Assembly (NCBI GenBank): GCA_902562135.1
Contig: CACESE010000003.1
Location: forward strand, 22,840 to 86,839
Direction: 5' to 3'
DNA length: 64,000 nt
DNA from: an uncultured SAR86 cluster bacterium
Lineage (GTDB): Bacteria > Pseudomonadota > Gammaproteobacteria > Magnimaribacterales > AG-339-G14
Part shown: in pieces, positions 25,955 through 35,316 of the stretch
Layout: every line of letters starts with the position of its first letter
How positions within the stretch are numbered: position 1 is the stretch's first letter
Notes under the pieces: model-generated
The model's input: the letters and a program-made list of their open reading frames with translations, nothing else
Database searches by the model: none
What the model was told of the DNA's origin: nothing
Program-made: the position numbers and the translations under genes

Positions 25955-27195
25955 TAAAATTTTTTGAAAATTAGTGAAACGTTTGTACCACCAAAACCAA
26001 AAGTATTATTCATTACATAATTAATTTCTTGATTCACTGATTCCTTGGCAACTAAATTTAAGTTTGCATCATTGTCAGGATTATCAAGATTTATAGTAGG
26101 AGGAATAATGTTATCTCTTATTGAAAGTATACTAAAAATTGACTCTATAGCTCCGGCAGCTCCCAATAAATGACCTGTCATTGATTTCGTTGAAGAAACT
26201 AAGATTTTATCTGCGTGATCAGAAAAGAGTTCTCTAATAGCTTTAGATTCAACCACATCCCCCAATGGTGTAGATGTTCCATGAGCGTTGATATGATCAA
26301 TTTTTTCGTAATCTATTTCAGCATCGATCAATGAATTTTTCATTGCTAACTTAGCCCCCTTTCCATCCTCGGCAGGAGCAGTCATATGATATGCGTCATC
26401 ACTCATTCCAAAGCCTATTATTTCGGCATAAATTTTTGCATTTCTTTTCTTTGCAAATTCTAGTTCTTCTAATATCAACACTCCAGAGCCCTCGCCCAAC
26501 ACAAAACCATCTCGGTCTTTGTCCCATGGTCTACTGGCTTCTTTTGGTGATTCATTTCTAGTAGAAAGCGCTTTAGCTGCATTAAATCCTGCGATCCCTA
26601 AAGGACACATTGCTGCTTCTGCTCCTCCCGTGACCATAATATCGGCTTCACCATATGCAATGCTTCTAGCAGAGTAGCCAATGCTATGTCCTGCAGAAGA
26701 ACAAGCAGAAACCATAGACAAATTAGGACCACTCAAGCCGTATTTAATAGCCACTGTTCCTGAAGCCATGTTAATAATTGAACCAGGAACAAAAAAAGGT
26801 GAAATTCTTTTTGGACCTTTCTCTTTCAACACTAGAGAGTTTTTTTCAATAGTTTCCAACCCGCCAATGCCAGAACCGATGGAGACACCAATTCTATCTA
26901 AATCATGTTCCTCGAAGTTAATACCTGAGTCTTTAATTGCTTCAGCAGTTGCAGCTAAACCAAATTGGATAAAAGGATCCAGTCTACGCGAATCTTTGGG
27001 ATCAATATTTTCATTTTTATCAAAATCTTTAACAGTTGCCCCAAATTTTGTGGCAAATTCAGACGTATCAAATCTTTGAATTAATTCAGCTCCGCTTTCA
27101 CCATTGATTAGACTATTCCATGATGAAGTTACATTATTACCATTTGGACAAACGGTACCTAGACCAGTAATGACTACTCGCCTTCCCTGAGCCAT
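25954..27195 (-). CDS. fabF: Beta-ketoacyl-ACP synthase II
   Basis: 413 aa. It has the active-site Cys in VSACSSAGHSIG, HGTSTPLGD and NTFGFGGTN. Confidence 0.95.
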   Translation of the reverse strand: MAQGRRVVITGLGTVCPNGNNVTSSWNSLINGESGAELIQRFDTSEFATKFGATVKDFDKNENIDPKDSRRLDPFIQFGLAATAEAIKDSGINFEEHDLDRIGVSIGSGIGGLETIEKNSLVLKEKGPKRISPFFVPGSIINMASGTVAIKYGLSGPNLSMVSACSSAGHSIGYSARSIAYGEADIMVTGGAEAAMCPLGIAGFNAAKALSTRNESPKEASRPWDKDRDGFVLGEGSGVLILEELEFAKKRNAKIYAEIIGFGMSDDAYHMTAPAEDGKGAKLAMKNSLIDAEIDYEKIDHINAHGTSTPLGDVVESKAIRELFSDHADKILVSSTKSMTGHLLGAAGAIESIFSILSIRDNIIPPTINLDNPDNDANLNLVAKESVNQEINYVMNNTFGFGGTNVSLIFKKF

Positions 27196-27204
27196 TAAAA
27201 AATA

Positions 27205-27438
27205 TTAAGACGATGAGTCGATATAATCGACTGCATTTTTGACAGTAGCAATCTTTTCAGCTTCTTCATCAGGGATTTCTATTTCAAATTCCTCTTCAAA
27301 AGCCATTACTAATTCAACAGTGTCAAGAGAATCAGCTCCCAAATCGTCAATAAAAGAAGCCTCTAAGGTAACTTCTTCTTCTCCAACACCTAATTGTTCG
27401 CAAACTATTCTTTTTACTCTATCTTCAGTACTACTCAT
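27205..27438 (-). CDS. acpP: Acyl carrier protein
   Basis: 77 aa with the phosphopantetheine site [12 protein letters not shown]. Confidence 0.95.
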   Translation of the reverse strand: MSSTEDRVKRIVCEQLGVGEEEVTLEASFIDDLGADSLDTVELVMAFEEEFEIEIPDEEAEKIATVKNAVDYIDSSS

Positions 27439-27503
27439 AAGAACCTCTCTAAAGTTCGATAATTATATATCTAATTTATAAAAAAACTAGATAAGTTAAA
27501 CAT

Positions 27504-28241
27504 TTACATGAAAAGCCCACCATTAATATGAATGGTTTGTCCAGTAATATAATCGGCTTCAGAAGATGTTAAAAATTTGATTAACTCTGCAACTTCATCG
27601 GCTTTTCCAAATCTTTGTAAAGGGATTTGTGAAGCTATACCTCTCTTATATTCCTCATCTAAACTATCAGTCATATCGGTTTCAATAAATCCAGGAGCGA
27701 CACAATTAATTGTAATATTTTTTTGACCAAATTCTCTAGCCAGTGTTCTAGACATAGCTTCCACTCCAGATTTTGCAGCTACATAATTAGCCTGACCTTT
27801 ATTTCCTATAGCAGCAGCAGCAGATGACAAATTAATAATTCTTCCATATTTATTTTTCAGCATCGGCTTTATTAAGTTTTTAATTATTTTAAATTGTGCA
27901 TTGAGGTGCACATTTAATACATCAGACCATTCATCATCTTTCATTCGCAGAAAAATATTATCTCTCGTAAACCCCGCATTATTAACTAGTATGTCGGGAT
28001 AAATGTCTTTGTCTTTTAAAACTGTAAAAAACTCGTCTAAAGAGGCATCATCATTTAAATCTAAAACTATTCCTTCTCCAGATGAATTACTAGAAGTTAG
28101 GATTTCTTCAATTGTTTTTAAACCTTCAGCTGAAGTGGCCGTGCCAACTAAATAGTGTTCTTCATTTGCGAATGTCTTGAGAATAGCTTTGCCGATGCCT
28201 CGAGAAGCACCAGTTACTAAAACCTTCTTTTGAGCTGACAC
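27504..28241 (-). CDS. fabG: 3-oxoacyl-ACP reductase
   Basis: 245 aa. It has TGASRGIGKA, NNAG and YVAAKSG with typical FabG sequence throughout. Its GTG start immediately follows the rpmF stop. Confidence 0.9.
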   Translation of the reverse strand: MSAQKKVLVTGASRGIGKAILKTFANEEHYLVGTATSAEGLKTIEEILTSSNSSGEGIVLDLNDDASLDEFFTVLKDKDIYPDILVNNAGFTRDNIFLRMKDDEWSDVLNVHLNAQFKIIKNLIKPMLKNKYGRIINLSSAAAAIGNKGQANYVAAKSGVEAMSRTLAREFGQKNITINCVAPGFIETDMTDSLDEEYKRGIASQIPLQRFGKADEVAELIKFLTSSEADYITGQTIHINGGLFM

Positions 28242-28448
28242 TTAGTTTTCTTCAGTTTCTGAAGTATCTTTTTTAACCTTCACTTCCATGACTTTTTTAC
28301 CCTTATAAAAGCCATCTTCGGTCATATGATGACGAAGGTGAACTTCGCCAGTAGTTTGATCTGTCGCTAGCGCAGGAGCTTTTAATTTATTATGCGATCT
28401 TCTTGCGCCTCTTCTAGATCTCGAAACTTTACTCTTTTGTACTGCCAT
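28242..28448 (-). CDS. rpmF: 50S ribosomal protein L32
   Basis: It begins MAVQKSKVSRSRRGARRSH...HLRHH. At 68 aa it has an acidic tail of about 11 aa relative to the 57-aa E. coli L32. Confidence 0.92.
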   Translation of the reverse strand: MAVQKSKVSRSRRGARRSHNKLKAPALATDQTTGEVHLRHHMTEDGFYKGKKVMEVKVKKDTSETEEN

Positions 28449-28480
28449 AACCTTAAAAAAACTTGATTCTATTGGAAAAT

Positions 28481-29404
28481 TTATAAAGTTTCATCAAATT
28501 TTAAAATTTTTTTAAAAGATTCAGGTTCTTCAGCACAAATGCTTAAACTTAAGCCTGGAATCTCTAACCTATGGGAATGCAAAAACATACGACCAAAATG
28601 TTTATAAAATTTGCTCAGCTCTCTATTGCCATATTTGACGTCTCCAATTACAAAATTGCCAACTGAAGAACAATGAACTCTAATTTGATGAGTTCTTCCC
28701 GTTATTATATTGCAACTCAATTTTGTAATGTTCTTTGAATGCTTAATAACCTTAAACTTTGACACAGATTTTTTACCATCTTTATTTTCTTTAACATAAT
28801 TCTCACCTCTCGAATTTTTAGTTTTTATTAGGTAAGAACTTATCTCTTTTCTTTCAGACGGCCATTCTCCATGGACTATTACTAGATATTCTTTAAAACT
28901 TTTTCCCAGCCTAATTTCTTCATTACATTTTCTTAAAAAACTCTGTTTTTTTGAAACGATTTGGCACCCCGAAGTATCTTTGTCTAAACGATGAATTAAT
29001 TTACATTCTCTATAATTTTTTCCGAAATTTCTTATAGTTTCTATTAGTCCAATTTTTATTCCGCTTCCTCCATGAGATGCAATGCCTTCTGGCTTATTAA
29101 TAGCTAAATAATCATCATTTTCATAAATAATCCTGTCTTTTAATAAATTGATTATGTCCGTGGGAATAAAATCTTCTTTGCTTTTTTCATTAAGATATTG
29201 AAGAGGAGGTATTCTTATTTCATTTCCATGAGCGAGCTTATATGAGGGTTTTTTTCTCGAACCATTAATTCTTACCTCACCTTTTCTTATGATCGAGTAA
29301 ATTTTAGATTTAGGTACGCCTTTGAGGAGATTTATAAGGTAATTATCTATTCTTTGGCCAACATAATCATCTGTAACTAGAATTTTTTGAACTTTATTAA
29401 ACAT
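28481..29404 (-). CDS. rluC: 23S rRNA pseudouridine synthase (RluA family, RluC-like)
   Basis: 307 aa. It has an S4 domain followed by the catalytic HRLDKDTSG. It is divergent from rne, as in E. coli. Confidence 0.8.
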   Translation of the reverse strand: MFNKVQKILVTDDYVGQRIDNYLINLLKGVPKSKIYSIIRKGEVRINGSRKKPSYKLAHGNEIRIPPLQYLNEKSKEDFIPTDIINLLKDRIIYENDDYLAINKPEGIASHGGSGIKIGLIETIRNFGKNYRECKLIHRLDKDTSGCQIVSKKQSFLRKCNEEIRLGKSFKEYLVIVHGEWPSERKEISSYLIKTKNSRGENYVKENKDGKKSVSKFKVIKHSKNITKLSCNIITGRTHQIRVHCSSVGNFVIGDVKYGNRELSKFYKHFGRMFLHSHRLEIPGLSLSICAEEPESFKKILKFDETL

Positions 29405-29624
29405 AAAAAAAATTTGTGTTTTTTTTGATTTCTCATCTAAAATACCTCACTTATATGTTAAATAGGAAATTTAATATCCTATATTAAAGAATTTTTTAAA
29501 CAGCTTTTATTACAGAATTTAAACTTAAGTCAGGTAAAGAGACGTAAATCCTGAAATAAGTACTTAGAAGGAATCGTTACTTAAATTCCTAATTTTTAAT
29601 TAAAAGCATTATTGGAGATGTCCT
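29405..29624 (+). promoter_or_regulatory. rluC/rne divergent promoter region and putative structured rne 5' leader
   Basis: This 220-bp gap is the second largest in the window. By eye it contains short inverted repeats (ATAGGA..TCCTAT, TAAGTA..TACTTA, GGAAT..ATTCC). GGAG lies 8 nt before the rne ATG. E. coli rne is autoregulated through 5'-UTR hairpins. Homology of these structures is not shown. Confidence 0.35.
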
Positions 29625-31604
29625 ATGAAAAGGATGCTTGTTAATGCAACACAACCAGAAGAGGTAAGAATTGCCATCACCGACGGTAATTCTTTATTCG
29701 ATCTCGATGTAGAAAATATTGCCGAAGTAAGAAGAAAAGGTAACATCTATAAAGGTAAAGTTAGCAGAATAGAGCCTAGTTTGGGTGCGGCTTTTGTTGA
29801 TTTTGGTGCCGAAAGACACGGTTTTTTACCGTTTAAAGAATTAGCTCCGCAATACCTTCCTAAAGATAGAAAAGGTAAAGAAAGAATCTCAATAAAAGAC
29901 TGCCTATCGAAAGATCAAGAAATAATTGTTCAAGTTGAAAAAGATGAAAGAGGTAACAAAGGAGCAGCCCTAACCACATTAATTAGTATCGCTGGAAGAT
30001 TTCTAGTGTTAATGCCTAATAACCCAAGAGCATCAGGAATTTCAAGAAGGCTTAATCCCGATCAAAGAGAACTTCTCAAGAAAAAAGTTTCGGATCTAAA
30101 TGCTCCAGAAGGAATGGGAGTAATAGTAAGAACCGCTGGAGAAGGAAGAGATCAAGATGATCTAAAATGGGATTTATCTTATTTACTTAAAGTTTGGGAA
30201 GCTATTTTAGAAGCAAATGCTCTAAAAAATGCCCCTTTCTTAATTTTTAAAGAAAGTGACATTATATTGAGAACTTTGAGGGATTATCTAAAAGAAGATG
30301 TTGATGAAATCTGGATTGACACCAAAGAGGCTTTCGATCAAGCAGAAGAGTTTATTAGCAGCGTCATGCCTGAACAACTAAAAATTCTTAACAAATACGA
30401 AAATACTCTCCCTTTGTTCACAAGGTACCAAATCGAATCTCAGATCGAGACAGCTTATCAAAGAGAAGTTAAGTTAAATTCAGGCGGCTCAATTGTAATT
30501 GATGACACCGAAGCGCTTGTTGCAATCGATATAAACTCTTCTCAAGCCACTCAAGGAAAAGATATTGAAGAAACTGCAACAAATACTAATTTAGAAGCTA
30601 GCAGGGAAATTGCCAGGCAATTTAGACTGAGGGATATTGGGGGTCTAGTAGTCATAGACTTTATAGACATGATGAAAATAGAAAATAAAAGAGCCGTTGA
30701 GGATGAAATGAGAAAAGCTCTTTCTGTAGATAGAGCAAGAGTTCAAATTGGAAGAATTTCTAGATTTGGCTTACTAGAATTATCTCGACAAAGATTGAGA
30801 TCTTCTTTATCTGAAAGATGGACTCAAGACGTAAATACACTATCCACATCTGTTTTAAGACTTTTAGAGGAAGAAACAAGCAAATCTAATACAAACGAAG
30901 TTAGAGCTATTGTCTCTCCGGATATGTCAGCATTACTTCTTAATGAGAGACGTATTAGGTTGAACGATATTGAAGCAAGGTCAGGAGTAAAAGTTGTTGT
31001 AATATCTGATGCAACTCGACCAGATTCAAGATTTGAAGTGATCAGGATAAAAGACGGAAAAGTTCAAGATCCAGATAAAAATAAATCCTCTATTTCCGCT
31101 GCAGAGCAATTTGAAAGAAAGTCAAAAAAGATGAAAAAACCTCTTGAAGATGCGGCAGTGAAAATGATGCCCTCTTCTAGACCAAAAAAGGGTTTTCTTT
31201 CAAGAATAAGAAGTCTCTTTCAGTCAAATTCTAATAATCAATCAAAAATTCAAAAGAAAGCCTCAAGTAAAAGAAAAACTAACTCTAAGAATAGTAATAC
31301 TCGCAATCGAAACTTCAAAAAATTTGATAACAAAAACAGAAACTTTCAAAAAAATAAGCCAAAAAAAGAATCTATTAAAAATGCAAAGCCTAAAAAAAAT
31401 ATAACTAATAAAGATAGAAAAGTTTTTTCTGAAAAGAAAGAAAATATCAAAAATAAAGAAAATATATCTTCTACAGAAATGGCTCCAAAAAAACTAAGCA
31501 GGCCGAAAAAGCCTCAAGTTTTGAAAGAAGACAAGGAAATAAAGAGTTCTAACAAAATCAATACCAATGAAAGAGCTTCTAATGATCCAAGAAATAAAAA
31601 TTAA
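29625..31604 (+). CDS. rne: Ribonuclease E (short form, 659 aa)
   Basis: The N-terminus MKRMLVNATQPEEVRIAITDG...NIYKGKVSRIEPSLGAAFVDFGAERHGFLPFKE is near-identical in pattern to E. coli RNase E. The catalytic region is intact and the C-terminal tail is Lys/Asn-rich. Confidence 0.92.
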   Translation: MKRMLVNATQPEEVRIAITDGNSLFDLDVENIAEVRRKGNIYKGKVSRIEPSLGAAFVDFGAERHGFLPFKELAPQYLPKDRKGKERISIKDCLSKDQEIIVQVEKDERGNKGAALTTLISIAGRFLVLMPNNPRASGISRRLNPDQRELLKKKVSDLNAPEGMGVIVRTAGEGRDQDDLKWDLSYLLKVWEAILEANALKNAPFLIFKESDIILRTLRDYLKEDVDEIWIDTKEAFDQAEEFISSVMPEQLKILNKYENTLPLFTRYQIESQIETAYQREVKLNSGGSIVIDDTEALVAIDINSSQATQGKDIEETATNTNLEASREIARQFRLRDIGGLVVIDFIDMMKIENKRAVEDEMRKALSVDRARVQIGRISRFGLLELSRQRLRSSLSERWTQDVNTLSTSVLRLLEEETSKSNTNEVRAIVSPDMSALLLNERRIRLNDIEARSGVKVVVISDATRPDSRFEVIRIKDGKVQDPDKNKSSISAAEQFERKSKKMKKPLEDAAVKMMPSSRPKKGFLSRIRSLFQSNSNNQSKIQKKASSKRKTNSKNSNTRNRNFKKFDNKNRNFQKNKPKKESIKNAKPKKNITNKDRKVFSEKKENIKNKENISSTEMAPKKLSRPKKPQVLKEDKEIKSSNKINTNERASNDPRNKN

Positions 31605-32419
31605 AGATTTTCTTTAACGTAATGTTCAATTAACTTTCCTGATATAGAAATATTTGAGGGTGGAGTATTAGGTAAATTATTTAACTTAAACCATGCAGCT
31701 TCATCTATTTCTTCTAAGTCTGGCTTAACCTCTCCACTAGAATACTCTGCAAAGTACCCTAACATCAACTGGCTTGGAAAAGGCCAAGATTGACTTCCAA
31801 AATATTTAATATTTTTTACTTCTATACCAACTTCTTCTAGCACTTCTCTTTCAAGGGCAGACTCAACGGATTCGCCGGGTTCTATAAAACCCGCAAGAGT
31901 ACTAAAAAAATTGTCTGGAAAATTCACATTATGAGCTAATAAAATTTCATCTTCTCTATGTATTAAAGTAATAACGCATGGAGCAATTTTTGGGTATGCA
32001 GGCGGTGCATTACAATTATTACAAATCATAGCTCTTTCATTAGAGTCTTCTTTTAGTTCGTTTCCACAATATCCACAAAATTTATGAGCATCAAACCAGT
32101 GTTGGATTTGAATTGCGCGTGAGATAACAGAGAATAAATCATCTGGTATTCTTCCTAGCATTGATCTCAAATCACTGAAATGAGCCTGTTCGAGACTGCA
32201 TTCACCTTCAGTGGAAACAACAAAGCATGATTCGTTGTTAAGATGACCAAGGAAATGTTTCCTCTTTACCACAAGGCCAGACCAATTAAGTTCATCGCTG
32301 CTTAAAGGTCTTAAAAAATTTTCATTTTTAAAAGATAAAATTTGATGAGAATTAATTACAAAGTATTTTGACTCAGACGTATCTTTTTCAATAGAATTAG
32401 CAGGATTAAATAAATTCAA
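31601..32419 (-). CDS. nudC: NADH pyrophosphatase / RNA NAD-decapping Nudix hydrolase NudC
   Basis: It has the zinc ribbon CGYCGNEL...CNNCN followed by the Nudix box [23 protein letters not shown]. The ORF track gives a TTG start. Confidence 0.85.
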   Translation of the reverse strand: MNLFNPANSIEKDTSESKYFVINSHQILSFKNENFLRPLSSDELNWSGLVVKRKHFLGHLNNESCFVVSTEGECSLEQAHFSDLRSMLGRIPDDLFSVISRAIQIQHWFDAHKFCGYCGNELKEDSNERAMICNNCNAPPAYPKIAPCVITLIHREDEILLAHNVNFPDNFFSTLAGFIEPGESVESALEREVLEEVGIEVKNIKYFGSQSWPFPSQLMLGYFAEYSSGEVKPDLEEIDEAAWFKLNNLPNTPPSNISISGKLIEHYVKENL

Positions 32420-32430
32420 AACTTTTTTTC

Positions 32431-33900
32431 GTGATTAGTAGCCTTTATAGCAATTTTTTGGGATCTTCTGCAAATTGGTACAAGAATCTCATTATTTCAT
32501 TTCTCGTAAGTAATCCAATTATTTACTTTATTTTAATGAATACAAATTTGGACGCTGGTTTTATTTTGGGCTGGATCATATTGGGCCAATTTATTGTAAC
32601 TTTAGCAATGGCCTTAGAATGCTACCCTTTGCAACCAGGAGGTCTGATAGCCATTCAATCTGTGATTCTAGGATTGACAACTTCTAAACACGTTTACCAA
32701 GAAGTTGTTTTGAATTTAAAAGTAATTCTTTTATTGGTTTTTATGGTGGCTGGAATTTATTTCATGAAAGATTTTTTACTTTTCATATTTACTAAATTAC
32801 TGATTAATGTAAAAAATAAAAAGCTTTTATCTCTGCTTTTCCTTATAAGCGCTGCAGTTTTATCAGCTTTTCTTGACGCTCTTACAGTTACTGCGGTATT
32901 GATAGCTGTTGCTGTTGGATTTTATTCTCTTTATCAAGAAAATAAGGCATCTTTAGAAACTGATGATCTTGATATGGAAACTGAGGAGTTTAAAAGATTC
33001 TTGAGAAACCTATTAATGCATGGTGCCGTCGGAACAGCACTAGGTGGAGTCAGCACTATTGTTGGAGAACCCCAAAACCTTCTGATTGGATCAGTCGCAG
33101 ATTGGGATTTTATTGAGTTTTTCATAAGAATGCTTCCAGTGTCTTTGCCTGTATTCATTTTTGGAATTTTTACTTGTTACCTGATCGAGAAATTTAAAAT
33201 TGTTGGATATGGAGCAGAATTATCACCAAAAATAAGAGATATTATTAATGATTTCGGTGCTAAAGAAGATGCTGCAAGAACTACGTCTCAGAAAACCAAG
33301 CTTTTAATTCAATTTTTAGTTGCTCTAATTTTAATTTTTGCTCTAGCTTTCAATGTAGCGGCAGTTGGCTTGATAGGACTGATGGTAATTGTTCTATTAA
33401 CTGCTTTCAATGGAATAATTCAAGAACATCAATTAGGAAAGGCATTTGAAGAAGCTTTACCATTTACAGCATTATTGGTTGTATTTTTTGTGATTGTGGC
33501 TGTAATTCATGATCAACACTTGTTCTCACCCGTAATAAATTACGTATTAACTTTAAATTTTGATTTACAAGTTCCAATGTTTTTCCTTGCCAATGGCATC
33601 TTATCAATGATCAGTGATAATGTTTTTGTTGCTACTATTTATATTAGCGAAGTAAAAAATGCCTTTGATTCTGGCGTAATTGATAGGAATCAATTTGACT
33701 TACTGGCAATTGCAATTAATACCGGAACTAATTTACCTAGTGTTGCAACTCCTAATGGTCAAGCAGCCTTTTTATTCTTATTAACTTCATCTATTGCCCC
33801 GTTAATAAATCTTTCTTATCTAAGAATGATCATAATGGCTTTACCATACACTTTTGTGTTGACCGCAGTTGGTCTTTATTCAGTAATTTACTTCTTATAA
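32431..33900 (+). CDS. nhaB: Na+/H+ antiporter NhaB
   Basis: 489 aa. The N-terminus [30 protein letters not shown] aligns with E. coli NhaB [29 protein letters not shown]. It has a GTG start. Confidence 0.88.
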   Translation: MISSLYSNFLGSSANWYKNLIISFLVSNPIIYFILMNTNLDAGFILGWIILGQFIVTLAMALECYPLQPGGLIAIQSVILGLTTSKHVYQEVVLNLKVILLLVFMVAGIYFMKDFLLFIFTKLLINVKNKKLLSLLFLISAAVLSAFLDALTVTAVLIAVAVGFYSLYQENKASLETDDLDMETEEFKRFLRNLLMHGAVGTALGGVSTIVGEPQNLLIGSVADWDFIEFFIRMLPVSLPVFIFGIFTCYLIEKFKIVGYGAELSPKIRDIINDFGAKEDAARTTSQKTKLLIQFLVALILIFALAFNVAAVGLIGLMVIVLLTAFNGIIQEHQLGKAFEEALPFTALLVVFFVIVAVIHDQHLFSPVINYVLTLNFDLQVPMFFLANGILSMISDNVFVATIYISEVKNAFDSGVIDRNQFDLLAIAINTGTNLPSVATPNGQAAFLFLLTSSIAPLINLSYLRMIIMALPYTFVLTAVGLYSVIYFL

Positions 33901-33904
33901 ATCA

Positions 33905-34873
33905 ATGAAAAGATTTTATTCGGTAGCCCCAATGATGGGAAGGACAGATAGTCAATTTAGATATTTAATCAGACTAATCTCTGAAAAGACGGTTTTATTC
34001 ACTGAGATGATTCATTCTAACGCCATCCTTTATGGAAACAAAAACAAGCTTGAAGAGTATAGCGAAAATGAAAATCCTATTGTTCTGCAATTGGGAGGTA
34101 ATGACCCGGAAAGTCTTGCAAAAGTTTCCAAAATGGCAAACATGTTTAATTACGACGAAATAAACCTAAACCTTGGGTGTCCAAGCCCTAGAGTAAGTAA
34201 TGGGGGCTTTGGGGCTGCAATGATGAATCACCCCCAATTGGTATGTGATTGTCTCAATGCGATTAAGGAAAATTTTAATAAAGAAGTTTCAGTCAAGATT
34301 AGACTTGGAACTGACAACAATGACATAGACGAAACACTAGATAATTTCGTCAAAGAAATTGAATCATGTGATATTAAGATTTTTTACGTTCATGCTAGAA
34401 AAGCAATTTTAAAAGGTTTAAGTCCAAAGCAAAATCGAGAAATCCCACCACTTAATTATGAGAGAGTTAGAAAATTAAAAGATGACTTCCCTGATCTAGA
34501 AATAATTATTAATGGAGGTATTAAAAAATTAAGTTTTCTTCAAGACAATGATCTACAAAATTTAGACGGTATTATGATAGGAAGAGAAGCATATTCGAAT
34601 CCGTTAATCTTTAAAGATGTAGATAAAAAAATTAAGGGAGAACTAAACAGGGATATTTCTATGTATGAAATCACCCAAAAAATGTTTGATTATTTTGAAA
34701 CTTTAGAAAACGAAAGTCATGTCAAAAGAGGATTGATACATATGCACGGATTATTTAGCGGTCATTCAGAAGCGAAAAAAATAAGAGTCCTGCTGTCCAA
34801 TAGTGTCTATTTGAAAAAATCTAAAAATGAAATATTATCAATTTTAGAAAAAAATATTATTGAAGCTGCATGA
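33905..34873 (+). CDS. dusA: tRNA-dihydrouridine synthase A
   Basis: 322 aa. It has APMMGRTDSQFRYLIRLIS and INLNLGCPS blocks typical of DusA. Confidence 0.88.
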   Translation: MKRFYSVAPMMGRTDSQFRYLIRLISEKTVLFTEMIHSNAILYGNKNKLEEYSENENPIVLQLGGNDPESLAKVSKMANMFNYDEINLNLGCPSPRVSNGGFGAAMMNHPQLVCDCLNAIKENFNKEVSVKIRLGTDNNDIDETLDNFVKEIESCDIKIFYVHARKAILKGLSPKQNREIPPLNYERVRKLKDDFPDLEIIINGGIKKLSFLQDNDLQNLDGIMIGREAYSNPLIFKDVDKKIKGELNRDISMYEITQKMFDYFETLENESHVKRGLIHMHGLFSGHSEAKKIRVLLSNSVYLKKSKNEILSILEKNIIEAA

Positions 34874-35316
34874 AAAATTTATTTTCAAAATTTTTTAAGA
34901 AAGAAAAAATTGTTGATGATCAATCTATTGATAAAGTTGTATCCGCTTGCATCTCTTTGATGGTTGAAGTCAGTGTTGCTGATCAATCTATCGATGACTC
35001 GGAAATAGAAAGTTTGAAAAATACTCTTTCTGAAAAATTTAATATAGACCAATCAAAAATATCTTCTCTGATTGCAGATGGTAAAGAATCTCAAAAAGAA
35101 TCAACTTCTCTCTATGAATTTACAAGAATAATCAACGACGACTTCAGCTTTGAAGAAAAATATAGTTTGATTAAATCTATGTGGGAAATTGCCTTTGCTG
35201 ATGGAAATATTGATAAATATGAAGAATATGTAATCAGGAAAGTATCCGATCTTATTTATATTTCGCATGATGATTTTATAAAAGCAAAACTAGAGGTAAA
35301 AAATGAAAATAGTTAA
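34870..35316 (+). CDS. TerB-family (tellurite-resistance-like) protein
   Basis: 148 aa with two repeats of the ADG/ADQ..ID..E pattern (VSVADQSIDDSEIESL; IAFADGNIDKYEEYVI) typical of the TerB fold. Confidence 0.5.
   Translation: MKNLFSKFFKKEKIVDDQSIDKVVSACISLMVEVSVADQSIDDSEIESLKNTLSEKFNIDQSKISSLIADGKESQKESTSLYEFTRIINDDFSFEEKYSLIKSMWEIAFADGNIDKYEEYVIRKVSDLIYISHDDFIKAKLEVKNENS

Noticed and set aside
26681-27079. A 132-aa plus-strand ORF antisense to fabF, and many other 60-110-aa ORFs nested in or antisense to long genes. Examples are 2936-3181, 6361-6579, 17190-17456, 20242-20499, 44945-45196, 53448-53828, 58323-58655 and 61210-61518.
   Set aside because: All lie wholly inside strongly supported conserved genes. 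They have no recognisable motifs and their biased composition mirrors the opposite strand. I treat them as spurious shadow ORFs.
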